NCBI GenBank assembly: GCA_963666565.1
Contig: OY762911.1
Location: 2,624,001 to 2,688,000, forward strand
From: Thermoanaerobaculia bacterium
GTDB taxonomy: Bacteria; Acidobacteriota; Thermoanaerobaculia; Multivoradales; Multivoraceae
DNA length: 64,000 nucleotides
Direction of reading: 5' to 3'
Below, piece after piece: positions 7,574 through 17,395 of the stretch. A program made the translations under genes and the position numbers. The notes under the pieces were generated by a model. It searched no databases. It was not told where the DNA came from and saw nothing but the letters and a program-made list of their open reading frames with translations. The number at the start of each line of letters is the position of its first letter. Within the stretch, counting starts at the first letter, position 1.

Positions 7574-7766
7574 CGACGCCGTCCAGCCTGACCGGGGAGC
7601 GGAGGGAGCGCGCCCCGGGGGACTCGAAGCGAGCGACGCCCGGTAGGCCACGCCAACCGACGACGAGCCGAAGCGAGCGGAGTGGAGCGAGCGCCAACCC
7701 TCCATCCTCCGACCGAGCGCGAGCGGCCCCAGGGGCGCGCTCCCTCCGCTCCCCGGTCAGGCGGGT
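7574..7766 (+). repeat. Inverted-repeat-bounded intergenic element, copy 1
   Basis: Perfect 31-bp inverted repeat at 7586-7616 / 7732-7762 around 115 bp. Interior and flanks are homologous to the reverse complement of 20027-20219. Confidence 0.85.
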
Positions 7767-7787
7767 GCAACCGCACGGCCGCTCCGC

Positions 7788-9131
7788 TCACTCGATGCGG
7801 GTGCTGTACAGGTAGTCGTTCAGGAGGCTCTCGAGTTCCTCCTGCCGGCCGCTCGTCCTGGGCGGCTCGCCGAGGCTTCCGGCCCACTGTTCCAGCTCCT
7901 CGAGGGAGGTGTCGCCGGCGAGCGCCTTGCGCCCCAGGCCGCGGCGGTAGCCGGCGTAGCGCTGGCGGATCCGCTTGCCGGCGAGGCCGAGCACGCCGTC
8001 CTTCCGGATGCGCTCGACGATCAGCAGCGCCTTGGCGAAGACGTCCATCGAAGCGACGTGCGCGTGGAACAGGTCGACCGTGTCGAAGGAGCCTCGCCGC
8101 ACCTTGGCGTCGAAGTTCAGGCCGCCCCAGCGCAGGCCGCGCTGGCCGCGGATGACGAGCAGCGTCAGCACGCACTCGCGCAGGCTCATCGCGAAGTTGT
8201 CCGTGTCCCAGCCGACGCCCTCGAGGCCGCGGTTGATGTCGACGCTGCCGAGCATGCCGGCGCCGGCCGCCGTCATCAGCTCATGCTCGAACGAGTGGGT
8301 GGCCAGGGTCGCGTGGTTCGCCTCGACGTTCAGCAGGAAGTCGTCCATCAGGTCGAACTCGCGCAGGAAGTTCAGGCAATGGGCGCAGTCGAAGTCGTAC
8401 TGGTGAACCGACGGCTCCTTCGCCTTGGGTTCCAGGAAGAACTTGCCCTTGAAGCCCTGGCGGCGCGCGTAGTCGACGGCGAGCCGCAGGAAGGCGGCCA
8501 GTTGCTCGCGCTCGCGGCGCATGTCCGTGTTGATCAGCGACGTGTAGCCCTCGCGGCCGCCCCAGAACACGTAGCCGGTGCCACCGAGTTCGATCGTGGC
8601 GTCGATCGCCCGGCGCACCTGGGCGGCGGCGTGGGCGAAGACCCGCGGGTCGGGGTTGGTCGCCGCGCCGTGCGTGTAGCGCGGGTGCGAGAACAGGTTG
8701 GCCGTGCCCCAGAGCAGCTTGACGCCGGTTTCGCGCTGCCGGATCCTGGCCAGTTGGACGACTTCCTCGAGGTACTCGTTGCTCTCCGCGATCGAGCGGC
8801 CCTCGGGAGCGATGTCCCGGTCGTGGAAGCAGTAGTAGCGCACGCCGAGCTTGGTGAAGAACTCGAACGCCGCGTTCAGCGTGCGAACGGCGACCTCGAT
8901 CTCCGTCGGCGCGTGGTTCCAGGGCCGGTCGTACACCGGATCCGGCCCGAACGGGTCCTGGCCGCCACCCTTGAAGGTGTGCCAGTAGGCGACGGCGAAC
9001 TTGAGGTGGTTCTCCATCGTCCGGTTGCCGACCCGGCGTTTCCGGTCGTAGTACCTGAAGGCCAGCGGCGCCCGGCTGTCGGGGCCGTGGAAGGGGATGG
9101 GCTTGCCGACCTCGGGGAAGAAGGGCGTCAT
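7788..9131 (-). CDS. xylA: Xylose isomerase (class II)
   Basis: Motifs FAVAYWHTF, FHDRDIAPEG, WGTANLF, FWGGREGY, EPKAKEP, NVEANHATLA, GWDTD and NFDAKVRR. Confidence 0.96.
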   Translation of the reverse strand: MTPFFPEVGKPIPFHGPDSRAPLAFRYYDRKRRVGNRTMENHLKFAVAYWHTFKGGGQDPFGPDPVYDRPWNHAPTEIEVAVRTLNAAFEFFTKLGVRYYCFHDRDIAPEGRSIAESNEYLEEVVQLARIRQRETGVKLLWGTANLFSHPRYTHGAATNPDPRVFAHAAAQVRRAIDATIELGGTGYVFWGGREGYTSLINTDMRREREQLAAFLRLAVDYARRQGFKGKFFLEPKAKEPSVHQYDFDCAHCLNFLREFDLMDDFLLNVEANHATLATHSFEHELMTAAGAGMLGSVDINRGLEGVGWDTDNFAMSLRECVLTLLVIRGQRGLRWGGLNFDAKVRRGSFDTVDLFHAHVASMDVFAKALLIVERIRKDGVLGLAGKRIRQRYAGYRRGLGRKALAGDTSLEELEQWAGSLGEPPRTSGRQEELESLLNDYLYSTRIE

Positions 9132-9155
9132 CTCGGAGTTCGCCTCATGCGTCCG

Positions 9156-10151
<996 letters not shown>

Positions 10152-10275
10152 GGCGTTCCTCCTGGAGGTTGCGGTGTGCGGTTCATCGATTCCGGCCGTC
10201 CGGGAACGTGGGCGCGCTGCCGGCGTTCGGCGCGAGGCGCCGGTCCGCGAACGATCGCCGGCGTCGGCACGCCGG

Positions 10276-11433
10276 CTACTCCGGCATCCTGAGCCACTTC
10301 CGGTCGCTCTCGCTGCTGGCGACGACCGTCTCGACGAACTGCATCCCGCGCAGCCCGTCGTGGACGGTGGGGAAGTCGAGCATCGTTGCGTCGGGCTCGG
10401 CGCCGCGGCGCCGGCAGTCGAGCGTCCGGGCGAAGTTGCGGTAGAGGTTGGCGAACGCCTCGAGGAAGCCTTCCGGGTGGCCGGCGGGCAGCCGGGTGTG
10501 CGCCGCCGCGTCGTCGCTCAGCCCCTGGCTCGAGGTGCGCAGCATCTCGCGCGGGCGGTCGAGCCACTTGAGGATCAGGGTGTTCGGCTCCTCCTGGCGC
10601 CACTCCAGGCCGCCGAGTTCGCCGTAGACCCGGATCGCCAGCGCGTTCTCCTCGTCGATGGAGATCTGGGAGGCGTAGAGCACCCCGCGCGCGCCGTTGT
10701 CGAAACGCAGCAGGACGTTGCCGTCGTCCTCGAGCGGCCGACCGTCGACGAAGGTGGTCAGGTCGGCGCACAACGACTCGATGCGGAGGCCGGTGATCGC
10801 CTCGGCGAGGTTCTCGGCGTGGGTGCCGATGTCGCCGATGCAGCAACTGATTCCGGCCCGCTCGGGGTCCGTCCGCCAGTCCGCCTGCTTCTGACCGTCC
10901 GACTCGAGCTTCGTGGCGAGCCAGCCCTGCGGATACTCGACGACGATCTTCCGCACCTTGCCGAGCTGGCCGCTTCGCACCCGGTGCCGGGCCTCCTTGA
11001 CCATCGGGTAGCCGGTGTAGTTGTGAGTCAGCCCGAAGGTGAGGCCGGTCCGTTCGACGAGTTCGACCAGGGCCTCCGCTTCGGCGGCCGACTTCGTCAT
11101 CGGCTTGTCGCTCATCACGTGGAAGCCGGCCTCGAGCGCGGCCTTTGCCACCGGGAAGTGCAGGTGGTTGGGCGTGACGATGGAGACGAAGTCCATCCGC
11201 TCGGCCGGGTCGAGGGCGGCTTCGCGCTCCATCATCTCCTGGTAGGCGCCGTAGCAGCGCTCGGGCGGCAGGAAGAGGTCGGCGCCGGAGGCCCTGGAGC
11301 GCTCGGGATCCGAACTGAAGGCGCCGCAGGCGAGCTCGATCAGGCCGTCGAGCCCGGCCGCCATCCGGTGAACGGCGCCGATGAAGGCGCCCTGGCCGCC
11401 GCCGACCATGCCCATGCGGATCTTCCGTTCCAT
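10276..11433 (-). CDS. Gfo/Idh/MocA-family NAD(P)-dependent oxidoreductase
   Basis: C-terminal part of track ORF 10276..13569, with true start ATG 11433 and a GGAGG RBS. Motifs [27 protein letters not shown] and GDIGTHAEN. Confidence 0.92.
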   Translation of the reverse strand: MERKIRMGMVGGGQGAFIGAVHRMAAGLDGLIELACGAFSSDPERSRASGADLFLPPERCYGAYQEMMEREAALDPAERMDFVSIVTPNHLHFPVAKAALEAGFHVMSDKPMTKSAAEAEALVELVERTGLTFGLTHNYTGYPMVKEARHRVRSGQLGKVRKIVVEYPQGWLATKLESDGQKQADWRTDPERAGISCCIGDIGTHAENLAEAITGLRIESLCADLTTFVDGRPLEDDGNVLLRFDNGARGVLYASQISIDEENALAIRVYGELGGLEWRQEEPNTLILKWLDRPREMLRTSSQGLSDDAAAHTRLPAGHPEGFLEAFANLYRNFARTLDCRRRGAEPDATMLDFPTVHDGLRGMQFVETVVASSESDRKWLRMPE

Positions 11434-11459
11434 CGCGTTCCTCCGGCCCGGGCGCGGGG

Positions 11460-13763
11460 TCAGTTGGCCGTGATCGCCACGTTGTCGTAGGAGACCACCG
11501 ACGGCGAGTAGCCGAGCAGGCCGGGAGAACCGCTGCGGATCGGATGCGGATCGACTGCGGTCACGGTCCAGTCGGCGGGCTCGTCCGTGCCCCGCGGCCA
11601 GACCTTGCCGCGGATCGTGGCCGTGTCGCCGGCGCTCTCGACGCGCAGCTTCATCGTATACCAGCGGTCCATCTCGACCTCGAAGTCGGCCGAACTCTCG
11701 ACCCGGAGTTGCGCCGACCAGGATCGAATCTGCAGGCGCTGATGAATGCCGAGCAGGTCCAGGATGTAACCGCTGGCGATCAGGCCCGCGTCCGACTTGC
11801 GGCGGCCCTTCTGCGTGAGGCGGACGTCGGCCTGGATCGTGTAGTCGCCCAGGCTGGGCGGACCGAGCAGCAGGGGCGAGCGCAGCAGGCCTCGTTCCGC
11901 GACCGGCTTGATCAGAATGCTCTCGCTGTCTTCCTCGGCGATGTCGTAGCGTCCGCCGCCGATCCACAGGCCGCGCTTGCCGCCCGAGAAGTCCTCGCTC
12001 CATGGAAGCGGCGGAAACACCCGGATCCGCGCCTCGGCTTCGAGATCGCCGCTCTTCGCGACCAGCGCACCGGCGGCGAAGCCCGAGCCGGCGGGGATCG
12101 TGACGCTCGATCCGGCGAGCTCGGCGTCGAGACCCCCGATCGACCATGTGGCATCGACCGGCCCCAGCGCGCGGCCCATGGCGTCGAAGGCCTCGACCTG
12201 GAACTCGTGGGTTTCGCCAGGGTTCGCGGTCACTTCGGCGGGTACGACGAGCAGCGTCACGGGCGGTCCCTCCGCCGAGCCTTCGTCGCCGAGGCCGGGC
12301 GCGGCCGACGCGGTCGCCTCGAACGGAGCGTCGCTGTCGCCCAGGCAGTAGAGGCCCTCTTCCGTCGTGAAGTAGATCCGCCCGTAGGCGATCGCCGCCG
12401 ACCCGTAGAACTCGGCGTAGCGCCGGCCGTCGGGCATCCTGATCTCGTGCCGGGCGAGGATCTCGGCGCTGTCGTTGCCGGGTCCGACGATGGCGAAGTG
12501 GCCGTTCGTCTCCGGAACGTAGAGCTTGCCGTCGGCCCACACGGGCGACGCCTTGCCGACCGTGCCGATGCTGAGTTCCCAGTGCACTTCGCCGGTGGCC
12601 GCCTCGACCGCGGCGAGGTTGCCCTGGTTGTTCACGACGTAGAGCCGGCCGTCGTGGAGCGCCGGCGAAGGGAATCCGGCCTTGTTCCGGTTCCAGCGCC
12701 ACAGTTCGCCGGTGGCCGTGAGGTCGCCGCTGCCGGTGCCGTCTATCGCCACCACCCGGCCGAGGGTGGCTTCGTCGATGTTCTCCTCGCTGTGGGAGAC
12801 GAAGACCCGGCCCGCGTCGTCCACCGCGGGAGAGACGTTGATGCCGCGCTTCGACAGCTCGAACTCCCAGACCTTCCTGCCGGTCCTGGCCTGCAGCGCG
12901 TAGATGTGTCCGTCGGCGTTGCCGCCGATCAGAAGCCGCTGGCCGTCGACGACGGCGACGACGGGCGTGGACTGGGTGTTTCGGTCGTAGACGTTGCCGC
13001 CGGGAGTCGACATCCAGCGCACGGCCCCCGTGCGCTTGTCGAAGGCGTAGTAGCGGTGGCGGGGCGGACCCTGGGCGCCCCAACTGCCGTTGATCATGTT
13101 CAGGATCACCTGGTCCTCGTCGATGACCGCGGATGCCGTACGGCCGCCGTAGCCCTCGAAACGGCCGTGCTCCTCCTTGAGCGAACGCGACCAGACGACG
13201 TCGCCGTCGCGGTCGAGGCACAGGAAGAGGCCGCTCACCAGTTGCGCGTAGATGTAGCCGGTCTCGGGGTCGCCGGTCAGCGAGGCCCAGCCGACCCGGT
13301 TCATCGCCACGGTGGTCAGGTAGAGGTTGTAGCGGTTCTCCCAGATCGGCTCGCCGGTCTCGGCGTCGAACGCCGCGACCACCGCCTGCTGGTCGACGCC
13401 GGTTCCGGCGCGGCCGTTGGCGTACACCCGGCCGCCCATCACGACGGGCGTCGAGCGGGCGATGAAGTCCTGTCGCCAGATCAGGTTCTCTCCCTCCGGA
13501 CTCCAGGTGTCGATCAGGCCGGTCGAGGGCGAGTAGCCGTTCTGGTTGGGACCCCGCCAGGACGTCCATTCGTTGGCGGCAAGCGGCGTCGCGAGGAGGA
13601 TCGCTCCCAGTAGCCCGCAGGCCGGCAGCGAGTTCGGTCCGCGTGCCCGGCGCCGGGCGCCCGGACTCGTTCGCCGGTTGCGCGGGATCGCGCCGGCAGT
13701 GTTCCGTGTGCTGCTTCGTTCAGGCATGTGGTTGCGGGCGGCGGCCCTGCCCGAGTCGCTCAT
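11460..13763 (-). CDS. Secreted PQQ-like/BamB-like beta-propeller protein with C-terminal Ig-like and lectin-like beta-sandwich domains
   Basis: Signal-like LLGAILLATPLAA-NEWTSWRGP and repeated AFDAETGEPIW / ALQARTGRKVW / AVEAATGEVHW blades, then a beta-rich C-terminus. The start codon is uncertain and may be downstream. Confidence 0.8.
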   Translation of the reverse strand: MSDSGRAAARNHMPERSSTRNTAGAIPRNRRTSPGARRRARGPNSLPACGLLGAILLATPLAANEWTSWRGPNQNGYSPSTGLIDTWSPEGENLIWRQDFIARSTPVVMGGRVYANGRAGTGVDQQAVVAAFDAETGEPIWENRYNLYLTTVAMNRVGWASLTGDPETGYIYAQLVSGLFLCLDRDGDVVWSRSLKEEHGRFEGYGGRTASAVIDEDQVILNMINGSWGAQGPPRHRYYAFDKRTGAVRWMSTPGGNVYDRNTQSTPVVAVVDGQRLLIGGNADGHIYALQARTGRKVWEFELSKRGINVSPAVDDAGRVFVSHSEENIDEATLGRVVAIDGTGSGDLTATGELWRWNRNKAGFPSPALHDGRLYVVNNQGNLAAVEAATGEVHWELSIGTVGKASPVWADGKLYVPETNGHFAIVGPGNDSAEILARHEIRMPDGRRYAEFYGSAAIAYGRIYFTTEEGLYCLGDSDAPFEATASAAPGLGDEGSAEGPPVTLLVVPAEVTANPGETHEFQVEAFDAMGRALGPVDATWSIGGLDAELAGSSVTIPAGSGFAAGALVAKSGDLEAEARIRVFPPLPWSEDFSGGKRGLWIGGGRYDIAEEDSESILIKPVAERGLLRSPLLLGPPSLGDYTIQADVRLTQKGRRKSDAGLIASGYILDLLGIHQRLQIRSWSAQLRVESSADFEVEMDRWYTMKLRVESAGDTATIRGKVWPRGTDEPADWTVTAVDPHPIRSGSPGLLGYSPSVVSYDNVAITAN

Positions 13764-13873
13764 TCCGTGCAGTCTCCTGGCCGGTCGTCTGTTGCCGCGC
13801 GGTCGCGGGTCGGCAATGAACCCGGTAGAGTAGCAACAAGCACGACCGGCCCGCAGGGCCAGGAAGACTCTCC

Positions 13874-14494
13874 ATGTCGCTCACTCCCGACCTCGCGTCC
13901 CGCATCCAGGACATCGTCGATTCCGCGCCGACCGTCCTGTTCATGAAGGGCAACCCGGCCGCGCCCCAGTGCGGTTTCTCCGCCCAGGTCGTCCAGGTGC
14001 TGAATCGCGTTCTGCCGGAGTACGCGACCTTCGACGTCCTGTCCGACGGCGAGGTCCGCGAGGGAGTCAAGGAGTTCTCCGACTGGCCGACGATCCCGCA
14101 GCTCTACATCAAGGGCGAGTTCATGGGCGGCTGCGACATCGTCAAGGAGATGTACGACAACGGCGAACTCCACGACGCGCTGGGCTTGGACCGCGCGGAC
14201 TTGTCCGCCGAAGAGGTCGAGATCGCGATCAGCGACGGGGCGGAGCGGATCCTCCGGAACGCCCAGCAGCAGCAGGAGGCGGAGCTCCACTTCGGCATCG
14301 ACGCGAAGTTCCAGCCCTTCCTCGGCTTCGGCCCGGCGACGGGCGCGGAGCTGCGGGTGCCGGTCGGCGGCCTGTTCTTCCTCCTCGACCGGGACAGCGC
14401 GGGGCGGGCGCGGGGCGCCTCGATCAAGGTGGTCGACACCGAGCACGGGCAGCGCCTCGACGTCGACATCCCGGCGGCCCGGGCGACGGGCTGA
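13874..14494 (+). CDS. grxD: Monothiol glutaredoxin (Grx4) with C-terminal HesB/IscA-like extension
   Basis: Motifs LFMKG...PQCGFS, SDWPTIPQLY and GGCDI, plus about 90 extra C-terminal residues. Confidence 0.88.
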   Translation: MSLTPDLASRIQDIVDSAPTVLFMKGNPAAPQCGFSAQVVQVLNRVLPEYATFDVLSDGEVREGVKEFSDWPTIPQLYIKGEFMGGCDIVKEMYDNGELHDALGLDRADLSAEEVEIAISDGAERILRNAQQQQEAELHFGIDAKFQPFLGFGPATGAELRVPVGGLFFLLDRDSAGRARGASIKVVDTEHGQRLDVDIPAARATG

Positions 14495-14571
14495 TTGCGC
14501 GGGCCCGTGACGTCGATGGCGATGCCCCCTCCGGCCGTCCGAGCGCTCGGCTGAATCGACCGGCGCGGGGA

Positions 14572-14847
14572 ATGGAGATCGCCGGCCAGCAGACGCCGCG
14601 AGAGACGGCGGCGCGCATCCGGGAGGCGGTGGCGGCCGCGCTGCCGGACGCCCGCATCGAGGTAACGGGGGAAGGGAACCACTTCAGCCTGCGGGTCGAG
14701 TCCGCGGCCTTTGCCGGCAAGCGGACGCTGGCGCGCCAGCGGCTCGTGCTGCGGGCGATAGCGCCGCTGATGAAGGGCGACGCGGCGCCGGTCCACGCGA
14801 TCGACCGCCTGGAGACGGTCGTGCCGGCCGGGGGCGAGGGCCAATAG
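14572..14847 (+). CDS. bolA: BolA/IbaG-family protein
   Basis: C-terminal part of track ORF 13969..14847 from ATG 14572: ALPDARIEVTGEGNHFSLRVESAAFAGKRTLARQRLV...VHAI. Adjacent to grxD. Confidence 0.85.
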   Translation: MEIAGQQTPRETAARIREAVAAALPDARIEVTGEGNHFSLRVESAAFAGKRTLARQRLVLRAIAPLMKGDAAPVHAIDRLETVVPAGGEGQ

Positions 14848-14918
14848 CTGAGTCGCCACTCAGTGTGGTAGGGTTCGCCCAGCAACTCGCAACCAGACTC
14901 CCTGGGAGGAAGCCCGTG

Positions 14919-16247
14919 ATGTCACGCCGTTCCCGCCTCGCCGCCCTCGCCGTCCTGCTTCTCGTTGTCGCGGCCCCGGTCGTCGCCGCCGGCCCCAACT
15001 CGCCCGACAGTCCCGACGCGATCACGTTCCACGAGGACGTCGAGCCGATCCTGCAGCGCTCCTGCCAGGGCTGCCATCGCCCCGAGGGCGTGGCCTACGG
15101 CGGCATGAAGGCGCCGATGGCCCTGACCACCTACGAGGAGACGCGCCCGTGGGCGCGCAGCATCGCGCGCCAGGTGGAGTCGAAGGAGATGCCGCCCTGG
15201 TTCGCCAGCGAGGACACCCACGGCCAGTTCACGAACGAGCGCCTCCTGACCGTGGAGGAGATCGAGACGATCGTCGGCTGGGCCAGCACCGGCGCCCGCC
15301 GCGGCGAGCCGGCGAACGCGCCGGCGCCGACCGAGTGGCCGACGGGCTGGCTGATCGGCGAGCCCGACCTGGTGCTCGACCTGGCCGAGCCGTTCTGGGT
15401 CGACGACGACGTCAAGGACCTGAACATCAGCCTGAAGGCCGTGCTGATCACCGAGGAGATGCTGCCCGAGCCGCGCTGGATCCAGGCGATCGAGTTCCGT
15501 CCCGGCAGCGACGTGGTGCATCACATCGTCGGCTCGCGGGTGGCCACCGAGACCGAGACGCCGGGCGCCTCCGGCCTGCTCGGCGGGATCGCTCCGGGCA
15601 CCGAGCCGTTCTACCTGCCCGAGGGCGCCGGCCGTCTGCTGACGCCGGGCACGCAGCTCTACTTCTCCATGCACTACAACAAGGAGCCGGGCGAGGGCAG
15701 CGGCGTCTGGGACAACTCCCAGATGGCCTTCAAGTTCCACCCCAAGGACGCGAAGATCGACCGGATCGCGAAGTGGGAAGGGGTCGGCAACAGCGACTTC
15801 GAGATCCCGCCGGGCCACGAGAACTGGATCATCGGCGCCTCCAAGGTCTTCGAGCACCCGACGACGATCTACGGCTACCTGCCGCACTCCCACCTCCGCG
15901 GTCTGGACGCGAAGTACACCGCGTACTACCCGGACGGCACGGAGGAGGTCCTGTTGGACGTTCCGGCATACGACTGGAACTGGCAGACGAACTACATCTA
16001 CAAGGAGCCGAAGGACCTGCCGCCCGGGACCCGCATCGACGTGCTGATGACCTACGTCAACACCGAGGAGCGGAACGAGCAGACGGTGCTCGAGCTCGAC
16101 ACGACCCGCGCCGTCCAGTTCGGCGGCCCGACCACCGACGAGATGATGATCGGCTTCATCGACTACTCGGAGGATTCGGGCGACACGCTCGTCACCGAGG
16201 CCGAGGGCGCGGCGGCGGCCGCGACGCCGGCGGGCGGCGGCCAGTAG
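14919..16247 (+). CDS. Secreted cytochrome c / copper type II (PHM/DBH-like) monooxygenase-domain protein
   Basis: Signal peptide, heme motif CQGCH, MPPW, then VVHH, MHYN, PHSHLRG, YDWNWQ and TTDEMM. A GGGAGG RBS precedes 14916/14919. Confidence 0.75.
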   Translation: MSRRSRLAALAVLLLVVAAPVVAAGPNSPDSPDAITFHEDVEPILQRSCQGCHRPEGVAYGGMKAPMALTTYEETRPWARSIARQVESKEMPPWFASEDTHGQFTNERLLTVEEIETIVGWASTGARRGEPANAPAPTEWPTGWLIGEPDLVLDLAEPFWVDDDVKDLNISLKAVLITEEMLPEPRWIQAIEFRPGSDVVHHIVGSRVATETETPGASGLLGGIAPGTEPFYLPEGAGRLLTPGTQLYFSMHYNKEPGEGSGVWDNSQMAFKFHPKDAKIDRIAKWEGVGNSDFEIPPGHENWIIGASKVFEHPTTIYGYLPHSHLRGLDAKYTAYYPDGTEEVLLDVPAYDWNWQTNYIYKEPKDLPPGTRIDVLMTYVNTEERNEQTVLELDTTRAVQFGGPTTDEMMIGFIDYSEDSGDTLVTEAEGAAAAATPAGGGQ

Positions 16248-16309
16248 CGGCGGCGTCGCGGCAGAGCCTTGTCATGCGGCGCGTCCGCCTCGTTGGGCGC
16301 GTCGCCGTT

Positions 16310-16373
16310 GGGTGCGCGGGTCTTCTCACCCGCTGCCGCCGAAGGCGGCCAGGAAACGCCGGCCTTGGCCGGC
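16310..16373. repeat. REP-like unit with two further hairpins, related to 7470-7530
   Basis: 16310-16338 gggtgcgcgggtcttctcacccgctgccg is 27/29 identical to the reverse complement of 7502-7530. Confidence 0.7.
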
Positions 16374-16408
16374 GGCCCCACCCCTCCGGAGAGCTTGGCT
16401 GACCCGAG

Positions 16409-17395
16409 ATGGCCGCTGAACGACCCGGCCGGCGCCTCTACGCCGCTGTCGACCTGGGCGGCTCGCACATCGGGCTCGCGCTGGGTGCGGTATACGCGGA
16501 GGCCGGCGAGTACCGGCTGGTCGCGCACAGAAGCCTCGAAGGCGGCGGCTACGACGGGTGGCAGCGTGTGCTCGACCGGATCGCCGAAGGGCTTGTCGAG
16601 TTGGAGCGCGAGGTGGGCGAACGTCCGGCCGCGGTCGGCGTAGGCTGTCCGGGCTGGGTGGACCTGGAGACGGGCGAGACGCGCTTCCTGCCGAACCTGC
16701 CGGGCCAGTGGCGGGACGTGCCGGTGGCGCGGATTCTCCGGGAGCGGCTCGGGGCGCCCGTCCACCTGCTGAACGACGTCCGCGCCGCGACGCTGGGGGA
16801 GTTCGCCTTCGGCGCCGGCCGCGGCGTTTCGACGATGGCGCTCTTCGCGCTCGGGACCGGCATCGGCGGCGGCGTGGTGGTCGACGGCAGGTTGCGCCTG
16901 GGGCCGCTCGGCTCGGCCGGCGAACTCGGCCACCAGATCGTCGATCCGACCGGCCCCCTCTGCGGCTGCGGCAACCGGGGCTGCCTGGAGGCGGTAGCGA
17001 GTGGCCCGGCGATCGGGGCGTCCGGCGTTCGGCTCTTGCGCTCGGGTCAGGCGCCCATCCTGCAGAAGATCGCCGGAGGAGACACCGAGAAGGTCGACGC
17101 GGAGACGATGGGCGAGGCGGCAAGGGCCGGCGACGAGGCGGTGGCGAAGGAACTGGAGCGGATCGCGGGCCTCGTCGGCATCGCCGCCGCCAACGTCGTC
17201 GTCGCCCTGCACCCCGAGCTCATCGTGCTCGGCGGCGGCGTCGCCGGCCTGGGCGACCTGCTGTTCGACGGCGTCAAACAGACGATCGCCGACCGCGTCC
17301 GCGTCTTTCCGACCGACGGCGTCCGCGTCGAACCCGCCGCGCTCGGCACGGACGCCGGCCTCGCCGGCGTCCTGGCGTGGACCGCCTCGAAGTAG
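16409..17395 (+). CDS. ROK-family sugar kinase (glucokinase-like)
   Basis: Motifs VDLGGS, NDVRAA, LGTGIGGG and GELGH...CGCGNRGCLE. Confidence 0.92.
   Translation: MAAERPGRRLYAAVDLGGSHIGLALGAVYAEAGEYRLVAHRSLEGGGYDGWQRVLDRIAEGLVELEREVGERPAAVGVGCPGWVDLETGETRFLPNLPGQWRDVPVARILRERLGAPVHLLNDVRAATLGEFAFGAGRGVSTMALFALGTGIGGGVVVDGRLRLGPLGSAGELGHQIVDPTGPLCGCGNRGCLEAVASGPAIGASGVRLLRSGQAPILQKIAGGDTEKVDAETMGEAARAGDEAVAKELERIAGLVGIAAANVVVALHPELIVLGGGVAGLGDLLFDGVKQTIADRVRVFPTDGVRVEPAALGTDAGLAGVLAWTASK

Noticed and set aside
7586-7762. Classical IS/MITE call for the inverted-repeat-bounded elements
   Set aside because: No target-site duplication is visible, the arms are not conserved between copies, homology extends beyond the arms, and no transposase is nearby. 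They are reported as an unclassified repeat instead.
10276-13569. Apparent long fusions in the track (10276..13569, 3596..5716, 22949..25921, 57604..60288, 61781..63964, 13969..14847)
   Set aside because: Each is a real C-terminal gene with its own plausible start, extended upstream through an alternative frame of the neighbouring gene. There is no evidence of programmed frameshifting.
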